Assembly: GCF_035285525.1 (NCBI RefSeq)
Contig: NZ_JAYKGW010000181.1
Coordinates: 6,450-38,449 of the forward strand
Reading direction: 5' to 3'
DNA from: Okeania sp.
GTDB taxonomy: Bacteria; Cyanobacteriota; Cyanobacteriia; Cyanobacteriales; Microcoleaceae
DNA: 32,000 nt
Shown: positions 1 through 8,216 of the stretch, one piece after another
How positions within the stretch are numbered: position 1 is the first letter of the stretch
Layout of the letters: each line of letters opens with the position of its first letter
Translations under genes and position numbers: made by a program
The notes under the pieces: model-generated
Databases searched by the model: none
Told to the model about the DNA's origin: nothing
Seen by the model: only the letters and a program-made list of their open reading frames with translations

Positions 1-1001
1 TGGACACTCATCCGGCCTGGGTAACGAGTTGCTATCTGCCACATTTGGGTTTCATAGAAGCGATCGCCAGTACCCAACAAAATAAACTGACTATCAGTAT
101 AAGCCATAAATCGATCCAAGACTTGCAGCATCAAATCAAGTCCTTTTTGCTCCACCAGTCGGGAAACCATACCCACTAAAAAGGTGTTTTTGTTAACTGC
201 AAAACCTACCTCTTCTTGCAGAGCAACTTTATTTTCAACCCGTTTTTCCAGAGTATCGACATTATAAGTTTGAGCTATATATCTGTCAGTAGCTGGATTA
301 TAATAACTCATATCAATACCATTGAGGATACCCTGTAGTTTACCGCCGATAAAAGACATTAAACCATCTAGACGTTCACCATAAGTAGGAGTTTTGATCT
401 GATTAGCATAGGTAGGAGAAACAGTAGTTACCCGATCAGCAAACTGAACTGCGGCTGCCATTGTATTATGTCCTTCCATATACCAAGGACACCAAGTAAT
501 TCTTTCCAAGTACCAGCGCCAAGGTCCTTGATAAGCTAGGTTGTGAATAGTAAATACAGTCTTAATATCTGGAGTTTCGTGCATCCAAACTGGAATCATA
601 CCAGTATGCCAGTCGTTACAATGAATTATTTCTGGTTTCCAAAGACCATTCCAGCAAAACTCTGCTGCCCCATTAGCAAATAGAGTGAACCTCCAGTCTT
701 CATCATCTCCATAATAGATACGACGTGGCCAAAAACTAGGATGACCAAATAGGTATAATGGCACATCACTTTTTGGGAGTACTGTCTCAAAAATCTTGAA
801 GTTTTGATACATAGCAGTTCCTTCCCATACTGGTTCTTCTGGAACTTCCATTTTGTCTCCTAAGAAACCATAATAAGGCATAAAGATACGGACATCGTGA
901 CCCATTGCTCGTAGTGCTTTGGGTAAGGTACCGACTACATCTGCCATACCACCAACTTTTGCTAAAGGACTCACTTCAGCAGACACAAATAAAATTCGCA
1001 T
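1..1001 (-). CDS. glgA: Glycogen (starch) synthase GlgA, N-terminal ~333 codons. The 3' end runs off the window.
   Basis: Absent from the supplied ORF track because it is open at the window edge. My reverse-strand translation from the ATG at 999-1001 reads MRILFVSAEVSPLAKVGGMADVVGTLPKALRAMGHDVRIFMPYYGF...IIHCNDWHTGMIPVWMH...TVSPTYANQIKTP...LVEQKGLDLM. It has the K-V-G-G motif and the overall GT5 glycogen synthase pattern. Confidence 0.9.
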   Translation of the reverse strand, partial: MRILFVSAEVSPLAKVGGMADVVGTLPKALRAMGHDVRIFMPYYGFLGDKMEVPEEPVWEGTAMYQNFKIFETVLPKSDVPLYLFGHPSFWPRRIYYGDDEDWRFTLFANGAAEFCWNGLWKPEIIHCNDWHTGMIPVWMHETPDIKTVFTIHNLAYQGPWRWYLERITWCPWYMEGHNTMAAAVQFADRVTTVSPTYANQIKTPTYGERLDGLMSFIGGKLQGILNGIDMSYYNPATDRYIAQTYNVDTLEKRVENKVALQEEVGFAVNKNTFLVGMVSRLVEQKGLDLMLQVLDRFMAYTDSQFILLGTGDRFYETQMWQIATRYPGRMSV

Positions 1002-1074
1002 GATTTTTGAGTTTGCGTTATCTTTTTAATTCTCAATATCGTCATAATACCTGTATGGGCGCACCTATAGTTTA

Positions 1075-1146
1075 AGTCAGAAGTCAGAAGTTTGAAGAAA
1101 GAAGGCAGAAGGCAAAAGGCAAAAGGCAAAAGGCAGAAGGCAGAAG
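1075..1146. repeat. Tandem heptamer array, (AGTCAGA)2 then (GAAGGCA/AAAGGCA) x6, STRR-like
   Basis: Direct reading: gaaggcagaaggcaaaaggcaaaaggcaaaaggcagaaggcagaag. Located 75-145 nt upstream of the glgA ATG. Confidence 0.9.
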
Positions 1147-1317
1147 TTACAGCATATTTTGGGCAAATGATGTACAGAGTCAATATTTCTGTTAATTTCC
1201 CTCTTTCTTGAAACTTAGGGAATGACTATAGATATAGTGTTGAAAACTGTTGTACAATAGTTTTTTAACTCTATATATAGTAGATTGACATAAATTCTCT
1301 TCTGATATCACCAGATA

Positions 1318-1359
1318 CTGATAACTGATAACTGATAACTGATAACTGATAACTGAAAT
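1318..1359. repeat. (CTGATAA)x5 + CTGAAAT heptamer array
   Basis: Direct reading. It ends 4 nt from the stop codon of the 154-aa gene. The same CTGATAACTGATAACTGAAAT string recurs at 2408-2428. Confidence 0.95.
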
Positions 1360-1362
1360 AAC

Positions 1363-1827
1363 TTATCCCAAAAACTTAGTTAAATCAAATTCTGTTTCTG
1401 ACTGAGATTTTTGATATCTTTCAGAAATTAAAACTAATAAAAGCCGCTCTGAATAATCTGCTGCACCTCGCAGTTCATCTCGTAATATTTCCAAACCTCC
1501 GTTGGCATATTCTTCAAATATTTTAATTCGATTTTCTTCTATTTCTTCATTGTTTTGGGAAAGCATTTTTGTATCTTTTGTGTCGGCGATCGCGATTAAT
1601 TTAATAATACTTTCGTATCCCCTAGACCAGAATATTTCAATATTAATCGGACCTGGTTCTCTTGAAGAAATTTCTGTTAGTGGGATGCGCTTTTTTTTCT
1701 TAATAGCTAAAGAGGCAGCAAATACAATTACATCTGCATAGGTTTTGAAAGGACCTGTTTTTCCTTCTGATTCAGTTAAAGTTTTAACTAAATCTGCTTT
1801 ATCTTTAGCAATTCTAATTCTGTTCAT
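1363..1827 (-). CDS. Small soluble protein resembling DNA phosphorothioation (Dnd)-associated protein 4. Orphan: no dnd or DGQHR partner in the window.
   Basis: Intact 154-aa ORF with ATG start. Strings RIRIAKDKADLVKTL...GPFKTYADVIVFAASLA...EEYANGGLEILRDELRG match my memory of cyanobacterial proteins annotated dnd-associated protein 4. Family assignment is from memory only. Confidence 0.55.
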   Translation of the reverse strand: MNRIRIAKDKADLVKTLTESEGKTGPFKTYADVIVFAASLAIKKKKRIPLTEISSREPGPINIEIFWSRGYESIIKLIAIADTKDTKMLSQNNEEIEENRIKIFEEYANGGLEILRDELRGAADYSERLLLVLISERYQKSQSETEFDLTKFLG

Positions 1828-1836
1828 AACTAAAAA

Positions 1837-2110
1837 TTAAATAGGGTTTGTTGAAAAAGTATTTTGTTTAAGGATAGGAGTCAGAATCGGTAAATCCAGA
1901 ATTTCCTACGGAATGCTTTGCAAACAAAATAAATAGGAATTATACAGGAGGTAGTCAGAATAATTTTCCCTTGATTTTCTTTGCTTATCTTGCCCAAAAT
2001 ACGAACTTTTTTACTATAAAAAGATGAAAAACAGGTACTTTTTTCAGACATAAAGAAGCTGAAACTTTTATATCTTAATCTTTTCATATTTCCATACGCA
2101 AGCCCTAAAT
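1837..2110. mobile_element. MITE-like element, family B, 274 bp, with inverted end modules (TTAAATAGGGTTTGTTGAAAAAGTATTTT ... TTTCCATACGCAAGCCCTAAAT)
   Basis: Left end is the reverse complement of the recurring right-end module AAAAATACTTTTTTAGCCAACCCTATTTA. It contains the CTACGGAATGC hairpin motif, has no credible ORF, and starts 9 nt upstream of the 154-aa gene ATG. Confidence 0.7.
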
Positions 2111-2407
2111 ATTTATCTTTTCCCTGATAGTTTTAATAACAATTCCTAAAATTAATTTTGTGTAAATATTTAGCAGTTATTAAGTAATTAACACAAACAG
2201 AATCATATTTTTACTAATTTTATTCATATTTCGGTAGTTCTGTATAGTAATTGTATATAGAAAAAACGAATACTTGATACAGGAGAAAGATGCTTTTACT
2301 GCCATTATTTCTAACTAAAATAATGAGAATAAACCACCACCCATATTTTTTTCAGTATTTCAAGCCTCTGGCTTTCCTGCGGAATGCTCCGCAAAGAGAC
2401 GGAGGTG

Positions 2408-2428
2408 CTGATAACTGATAACTGAAAT
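2408..2428. repeat. (CTGATAA)x2 + CTGAAAT heptamers followed by a CTACTCCCCTACTC degenerate end module
   Basis: Same 21-mer as at 1339-1359. Lies 15 nt beyond the stop of the MazG-like gene. Confidence 0.9.
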
Positions 2429-2442
2429 GACTACTCCCCTAC

Positions 2443-2766
2443 TCAAGAATCTACCCATAACAACATAGTTTTATTATCAAAATCTCCTTTACTTGCTCGC
2501 TTTTTATCTTTTTCTAATCTGACTTGATTACGAGAAATTCCATAACTTTTGAGTAAAGCATCTACTACTTCTAATAAATCAGCTATTTCTATTACTAAAT
2601 CAGCATTATTGGCTGTAGCTACTTCTTGAGCTTCTTCAATTATTTTCTGTCGTAATGCTTGCTGATATTCTCTTTCTGATAGAGTTACAGTTTCGCATTC
2701 TATACCACTTTTACGGATAATTTCTGGCATGTGATCGCGGACTAATTTATTATATTCTTGACGCAT
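2443..2766 (-). CDS. MazG-like all-alpha nucleoside triphosphate pyrophosphohydrolase (phosphoribosyl-ATP pyrophosphohydrolase-like, COG4997-type)
   Basis: 107 aa, ATG start. Has YNKLVRDHMPEII at the N-terminus, EEAQEV...EIADLLEVVDALL helices and a C-terminal KRASKGDF, the typical pattern of the short MazG-like family. Confidence 0.75.
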   Translation of the reverse strand: MRQEYNKLVRDHMPEIIRKSGIECETVTLSEREYQQALRQKIIEEAQEVATANNADLVIEIADLLEVVDALLKSYGISRNQVRLEKDKKRASKGDFDNKTMLLWVDS

Positions 2767-2782
2767 AATTATATTAATTGAT

Positions 2783-2870
2783 TAACTAGGGTTTCCGCTC
2801 AAAAGTCTGATGTTTAAGGTAGGGAGTAGGAAGTCGTAGGGACCTTCCATGCAACGTCTGTACAGAGTCA
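2783..2870. repeat. Family B end module in reverse orientation (TTAACTAGGGTTTCCGCTCAAAAGTC, TAGGGAG heptamers, GTACAGAG)
   Basis: Aligns by eye with the reverse complement of 16375-16447. Begins 16 nt upstream of the MazG-like ATG. Confidence 0.65.
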
Positions 2871-3095
2871 GGATGAATGGGATTTATAGAGGAATTAGTT
2901 GAAATAATTGTCTCTTAATTTTTCTTTCCTAGTTAAGATAAAATACTAGGTTTTTGAACCATTACCGCCTAAAAAATTGCACTTTTTCCGATCCTAAAAA
3001 GACTGAAACCTTTATCTATGAATACTTTTATATTTAATCAGCAAGCCATAACTAATTATTTTATGATTACAAATTAATATAGTCATCCTAAAACA

Positions 3096-4277
3096 TCAAC
3101 TTTTAGACAAACGTTCGACTGGTACTCCTCCTAATAATTGATGAGTATCTCGGAGAATATCTGGAATTTTATCAGCGTGAGGACTATTAACAAGACACTC
3201 ACTCAAATCATATTTTTCTACTTGTTCAGCACTTGCGCCAGGAAACCAATGACTAGCATTTCCTAATAAGTTATAACGCATTTTTCCGTATTCAATCATA
3301 TCGTAAGAGAGCGCCAAATTTCTTAACCATAAAATTACCGGAATATTAATATTTCCCGGAGTATATTCTGGAGTTGGTAAACCAATATGCCAAGTCTTAT
3401 GCCAATTTTCTCCTAATTTAGCGATCGCCTCTTGTTCTAATTTTATCAATATAGGATTTAATATTTCATCTGCTTTATCTAAAAATTCTAATGTTTTTAA
3501 ATGTTCATCAAAATCTGTTGGTTTTGATGCTCCCACACTCAATGTATGAACTTGAGAATGACTTAAACAAAAGAGATTATTAAACACCATCGGACTAACT
3601 GGATAACATAAATCTATTAATTTTTGTGGTGGTTGATATAATTTACCACCCTTATCAGAAGGACTAATAATAAATACTCCCATATCAAACTTTTTAGCAG
3701 TTTCTATTGCCAACCAATTATTTTGATTAATGTAATACCAGTGCAAATTAACATAATCAAATTGATTTGTTTCTATAGTTTTAACTATCACATCAGTCGG
3801 ACCATGAGTAGAGAAACCAATAAATCTAATTTTCCCCTGACTTTGTAATTTTCTAGCTACATCTAAACAACCTCCTGGTCTAGTAGAATAGTTGAGAAGT
3901 TCCAATGTATTAATTCCATGTATTCCCAATAAATCAACATATTCTAATTGTAAAAATTGGAGAGATTGCTGAAATGTAGTTTCAAATTCTTGGGAGTCAG
4001 CACTAGGACAAACTTTAGTTTGAACAATCAACTTTTCCCGTGGAAACTTAGGTAAAATTTCTCCCAGTTGTATTTCAGATGTGCCATAACCACGAGCAGT
4101 TTCTATATGATTAATACCACATTCTAGAGAGCGACGAATTGTATTTTCTAAGTTTTCTTGATTATCTAGTGGAATTTCATTTTTAGCAACATCTTGCCAT
4201 TTATATTGATATCTCATTCCACCACAAGAAAAGACTGGTATTGATAATTTTGTTCTTCCAAAACGTCGATATTGCAT
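3096..4277 (-). CDS. Aldo/keto reductase family oxidoreductase
   Basis: The track ORF begins with TTG at 4292. I prefer the ATG at 4275-4277, giving MQYRRFGRTKLSIPVFSCGGMRYQ, a typical AKR N-terminus. GINHIETARGYG and the IGFSTHG region are AKR-like. Confidence 0.88.
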   Translation of the reverse strand: MQYRRFGRTKLSIPVFSCGGMRYQYKWQDVAKNEIPLDNQENLENTIRRSLECGINHIETARGYGTSEIQLGEILPKFPREKLIVQTKVCPSADSQEFETTFQQSLQFLQLEYVDLLGIHGINTLELLNYSTRPGGCLDVARKLQSQGKIRFIGFSTHGPTDVIVKTIETNQFDYVNLHWYYINQNNWLAIETAKKFDMGVFIISPSDKGGKLYQPPQKLIDLCYPVSPMVFNNLFCLSHSQVHTLSVGASKPTDFDEHLKTLEFLDKADEILNPILIKLEQEAIAKLGENWHKTWHIGLPTPEYTPGNINIPVILWLRNLALSYDMIEYGKMRYNLLGNASHWFPGASAEQVEKYDLSECLVNSPHADKIPDILRDTHQLLGGVPVERLSKS

Positions 4278-4343
4278 ATTTTTAACAATCAATAATCACT
4301 ATTAATTTTTAATATTAAAATTGGAATAATTACTATTATATAT

Positions 4344-4363
4344 CAATCCTAAATATAGGATTG
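4344..4363. promoter_or_regulatory. Palindrome CAATCCTA-AATA-TAGGATTG, 67-86 nt upstream of the AKR ATG. Possible operator.
   Basis: 8-bp perfect arms read directly. The half-site ATAGGATTGCTA recurs at 4915-4925 and 5027-5037. Confidence 0.25.
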
Positions 4364-4437
4364 CTAAATAGGTTTTGATAAATCAAAAAGGAAATAAAAA
4401 AATTGAAACTCCCAACTATTTCTTGTTCTCCAAGAAA

Positions 4438-4880
4438 GTAAGCATTCAGCTATTAGCAAGAAGACTGTGTGCTTAAGGACTATGCTTTATAAACATCTTT
4501 CTTAACATAAAACTTGGGCATTACTGGCAAGTTATGAGTAAGTCTTAGTTCGGCTTTTTTTGCAGAAAAATGTATGAAGAAACACATTTTTTGGCGATCG
4601 CTTAAATATTTTTACTGAGCTAATATGATTTTTTATCCCTGCCTCCCTCTCTCCATGTCTCCCCCTCTCCATGTCTCCCCCTCTCCAGAAGGTTTTCAGG
4701 AGTTCCTGATCAGGAATAGTCTGAAGGAGGGGGTTTAAATGAATATAGAGTTTGGATTTAACTTTTATAGGTAGATTTTTCGTTTCTCAATCAATAAAGC
4801 TTTTATTGCCGACTAAAAGGAATAGCTGAATTGCATTCTGACCCAGGAAGCTAGCTAATAGCTGACAGCTGAATGCTTAC
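4438..4880. mobile_element. MITE family A copy 1 (TIR GTAAGCATTCAGCTATTAGC / GCTAATAGCTG..GCTGAATGCTTAC), interrupted by a nested insertion
   Basis: Terminal inverted repeats read directly. The interior matches copy 5 (8217-8370) except for the 249-bp insert. Confidence 0.8.
4480..4728. mobile_element. 249-bp insertion nested inside MITE A copy 1, flanked by AAGGA on both sides
   Basis: Copy 5 reads GCTTAAGGAGGGGGTTTAAATG uninterrupted, while copy 1 reads GCTTAAGGA[249 bp]GGGGGTTTAAATG. The insert carries a 16-mer x2.5 pyrimidine repeat (4648-4688), the palindrome TTCCTGATCAGGAA (4703-4716) and a HIP1 site. Confidence 0.7.
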
Positions 4881-5062
4881 CTAAAAAGTAATGAAACTTT
4901 TTACACAAATCAAATAGGATTGCTATAGGTTGTCACAATTAAAAAAACAGAAATAAACTCCAAAAATCCTATCTTTTCAGTATTATTTTTTCCCTAAAAG
5001 CCAGAAAATTTATGACATGAAAAAAATAGGATTGCTATATTCAAGTCATTGGAACTTGAAGA

Positions 5063-5225
5063 TAAGCATTCAACTATTAGCCATCATATTTTAGCCAACC
5101 CTATTTCAACTTGAAAATTGCTTTAAATGAATATAAATTTTAAAGTTAGCTTTGATAGCAAGATTAAACTCACCTCAACTAATAAAGCTTTTTTCTCAAA
5201 TTAAAATAAATAACTGAATGCTTAC
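5063..5225. mobile_element. MITE family A copy 2 (163 bp)
   Basis: Ends are TAAGCATTCAACTATTAGCC ... TAACTGAATGCTTAC. The shared core is TTTAAATGAATATA...AATAAAGCTTTT. Confidence 0.75.
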
Positions 5226-5243
5226 ACTCGAACAGATTAGAAG

Positions 5244-5276
5244 GAAGTAATCTCAGGGATAGTAGGAGATTACTTT
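5244..5276 (-). terminator. Hairpin 35-65 nt downstream of the HNH-AP2 stop (10-bp perfect stem AAGTAATCTC / GAGATTACTT, 11-nt loop)
   Basis: Read directly. There is no strong U-tract, so terminator function is uncertain. Confidence 0.3.
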
Positions 5277-5310
5277 CTATCATCAATAGGAGCAAGTTTT
5301 CAACTAAAAT

Positions 5311-5814
5311 CTATATAATTTCCAGAGAAGATTCTTCCATTATTTCATTTGTAGCAAAATTTGTTCTAGCTAACGAACCATAATACTTTCTTGCTGCCTC
5401 ATCATAAGCCATAGCTGCATCTTTTTCTACCTCAAAACGACCTAAACGTATTTGTTTTTTATAAACTTTAATTTCTGCTATCCACTTACATTTATCTTTA
5501 CACCAATACACTCCTCGGTATTTAGATGAATGTTTAACACTAGGTCTCCTGTGCATTCGCGCACTTCCTTTAACTAAACGTAAGTTTTCTCGCCGATTAT
5601 CTAGTTTATTATGATTAAGATGATAAACTGATACACCCATAGGAGCATCAATAATTACTCTGTGCATATAAATGGTAGTTCTTTTATTATCTTTTTTGAT
5701 AGTTCTAGCAGCAAACCCGTCTATCAAATACCATTTATATTTTGATAATTCTTCATAGTCTTGTTCATCAACAATTACTATTTGCCCTCTGGTAATCGAA
5801 ATTTCTTTAGACAT
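5311..5814 (-). CDS. Freestanding HNH endonuclease fused to an AP2/ERF-type DNA-binding domain (HNH-AP2 homing-endonuclease-like)
   Basis: 167 aa, ATG start. HNH motif is YHLNHNKLDNRRENLRL. AP2 motif is YRGVYW..KWIAEIKVYKKQIRLGRFEVEKDAAMAYDEAARKYYG. Confidence 0.85.
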   Translation of the reverse strand: MSKEISITRGQIVIVDEQDYEELSKYKWYLIDGFAARTIKKDNKRTTIYMHRVIIDAPMGVSVYHLNHNKLDNRRENLRLVKGSARMHRRPSVKHSSKYRGVYWCKDKCKWIAEIKVYKKQIRLGRFEVEKDAAMAYDEAARKYYGSLARTNFATNEIMEESSLEII

Positions 5815-6047
5815 TTTTCCAGCCTTCTTGTTTTATCAATTAATAAAGAATAACTAATCTTTTCAAACATTTGAGGCCAGTACAAAGTTTTTGAGAACAT
5901 AATTATTTAACTTTTTTTGATTGCTAGTTTAATTATTCTTAGCTGCACCCCAATTGTATTTGATGAATTAAAAAAAAATTAATTCATTATTTATATTTAC
6001 TTAGCTATTTCTGAATATTTAAACAGTAGATGTAGATTGATTTTTGG

Positions 6048-6076
6048 GTTTAATAATCTCCAAGAGATTATTAAAC
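6048..6076. other. 29-bp near-perfect palindrome G-TTTAATAATCTC-CAA-GAGATTATTAAA-C, ~235 nt upstream of the HNH-AP2 ATG
   Basis: 13-bp arms and 3-nt loop read directly. Confidence 0.5.
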
Positions 6077-6359
6077 TCCTATAATTTGACACCAATAATC
6101 TTTGCTTAATTGTTGTTACTACTTTAGTTTAAATATTATATAAATAAATCAGCAAAGTTATTGTCTTAAATTTTGCTTTAGTTTTTGGAAAAATTCTCAC
6201 TCTTAGAAGAAATGAACAATCAAGATAGTGCCTTAAATTTCTCCTATTATGAAAATATATTCTCTTCCACCATAGCATATAATAAAAGGTTTAAGTCAAA
6301 TTGAATCTTTAATTTAATAGTTAATTCAGCTATTGCTGCCCCTTTTTCCCAGAATCTTG

Positions 6360-6589
6360 GTAAGCATTCAGCTATTAGTATTCAGTTATCAGCTTTTGAA
6401 TCCGGGAAGTAACGACTAAGGTTAGGTTTTATTGCCAATTTCATTTCCTACGGAATACTGTACCAATATAACAATGAATGAAGCAAGCGCTGTTTTAGCT
6501 TCTACTTTTCAACCATATATCTTAACTTGTAAACCCATATAGTATATGGCCGGAAATTTATAGATTTGCCTCAAAAGCTGAATGCTTAC
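6360..6589. mobile_element. MITE family A copy 3 (230 bp), different interior containing the CTACGGAATAC hairpin motif
   Basis: Ends are GTAAGCATTCAGCTATTAG ... AAAGCTGAATGCTTAC. Confidence 0.75.
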
Positions 6590-7657
6590 AAAATTTCACG
6601 TCAGTATTTCCAACTTATGGCAACAACTGCAAGGTACTGATAATTGAAACGACTTCATTAAAGATGGCCTATTTTAATACTTCTATAATTTGATTGTTAA
6701 TATTACAGAGGATGTTATAATCAGAACCAGAACTGATAGATGAGACTCCCTATTTAATTAAATCCCTTTTTTTGACGAGACGAGTAGTAGCTCTAAATTT
6801 GTTATTGATGTCTATGCGTTTTTGGGGTGCATTTCAATTTTGAAGAAAGCTAAAAAATTATCACTTTTAGCAAATCAAGAACAGGAAATAGGTATGGAGA
6901 AAAAAGTATTTTTGCAAATATGAAATGCACCTCATTTCTGTGCTATGTAACTGCTGATGGAACTAAGGAAATAAGTAATATTTAACCGATTGCGATCGCA
7001 AACACTTGTGGTCTATATTTGAGTGTCAAAATTTCACAATAATTGATTATAACTTTCAACATAATTGTTGCTTTTATTATCAGGATAGTAGGAAAATAAA
7101 TTGCTTCTTCAATTTTATTTGTTAGTTAATAAATACTATTGAAAGTAACTAAAACTTCGACATTTTTTATTGCCGGGGTGAATACTCCCTGCTCAAGAAA
7201 AGTAACAATTAACAGCATCTAACTTTTGGCAATGAAATTGCGGTTAATTCAGTTTTTTTACGCGAATTTTTTTAGATAGTCTAGGAAATTTTAATAATCA
7301 CTAATTTGGCTCGTAAGTGTATAAGCAAAATTACAGCAGATTCCAACCACAAGAAGTACAGGTATTAATAATTAAATATTACCGTTTGAGCCGGAAAGCT
7401 CCCGTGGATATACCTCACCAAACTGGAATCCGCTGTAATTAATTATCTAGATTGATGAAGCAGACTATTTTTTCTATTTTCCTATATTTCCTACAATTAA
7501 AAATTAGGTGTATCTCTACAACTTTAGAACAACTATATACTTTTTTTCAAGTTATCAATGAAAGTTTAAATAATCAATTTTTTATTTTATTGGCAAATCC
7601 AAAAATTATTACAATTTAGATTATAAATTTGAAGACTATAAGCAAGTAAACAAAATC

Positions 7658-7844
7658 TAAACATTCAGCCTTCAGCTAATAGAAGACTGCTTTGAGTTTT
7701 AGATAAAAGCTTGACTAATTGATCCAGAATTAAATCTTAACTATAAAAGCTGACTTTAAAGCAATATTTTATTGAAAATCCCTGCTTTTGCTGATAGCTG
7801 ATAGCTAATATCTGTTTGCGCAGCATTCCGCAGGAAATGCTTAC
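7658..7844. mobile_element. MITE family A copy 4 (187 bp)
   Basis: Ends are TAAACATTCAGCCTTCAGCTAATAG ... GCTGATAGCTGATAGCTAATA..GCAGCATTCCGCAGGAAATGCTTAC. Confidence 0.7.
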
Positions 7845-8216
7845 AACAAAATAAATTACACGTTTGAGAAGCTGAAATATTTACTGTCTAAATATGGCTT
7901 TTGCAAATAATTATGTGTAGGTGCTTATAATTAAAAGCCATAAAAATTAAAAATTATCCCTGGTAAAATTTTTATTTTCTATAAATAGTTAATCCTGATA
8001 ATTTTACCGAATAATTAATAGTTAATAGTCAATAATTATTCATTCAACAATTCAGGCTTAAAGCTTACCCTTGTTAAGGGGATAAATCAAAAGTTTTCCT
8101 TTGAGTCAATCCCCTTCTTTAAAGAAAAGAGTAATTATTAATTATTAATTGTTCATTATTAATTGCTGAAATTAGTTATTAAGGGAAATTTTGATGAATT
8201 ATTGCTAATTAATTTA

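Noticed and set aside
971-1183. 70-aa minus-strand ORF from the track
   Set aside because: It overlaps the glgA start region out of frame and runs through the AAGGCAG heptamer array, giving a low-complexity FCLLP repeat peptide. Spurious.
1363-1827. A complete Dnd phosphorothioation or Dnd-linked restriction system
   Set aside because: No DndA-E, DptFGH, DGQHR or methyltransferase ORFs are in the window. Only this single small gene is present, so no system can be claimed.
1881-2087. 68-aa minus-strand ORF
   Set aside because: It lies wholly inside the 274-bp family B MITE. No coding features.
2290-2418. 42-aa plus-strand ORF with a good GGAG-N5-ATG (MLLLPLFLTKIM...)
   Set aside because: It reads through the CTGCGGAATGC hairpin motif and terminates inside the CTGATAA heptamers, so most of it is repeat-derived. 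It also converges head-on into the MazG-like gene. Kept only as a remote possibility.
5311-5814. Is the HNH protein an IscB/HEARO (OMEGA) type RNA-guided nuclease, or is it intron-encoded?
   Set aside because: It is only 167 aa with no RuvC or bridge-helix segments. The second domain is clearly AP2-like. I found no flanking exon continuity or group I/II intron core motifs.
6715-6723. Extended -10 box TGTTATAAT in the gene desert, and similar boxes elsewhere, as evidence for ncRNA promoters
   Set aside because: My rough estimate is that a handful of TGNTATAAT matches are expected by chance on two strands of 32 kb at this AT content. I kept only those with extra support: a -35 at proper spacing plus a terminator, a tRNA downstream, or duplication.
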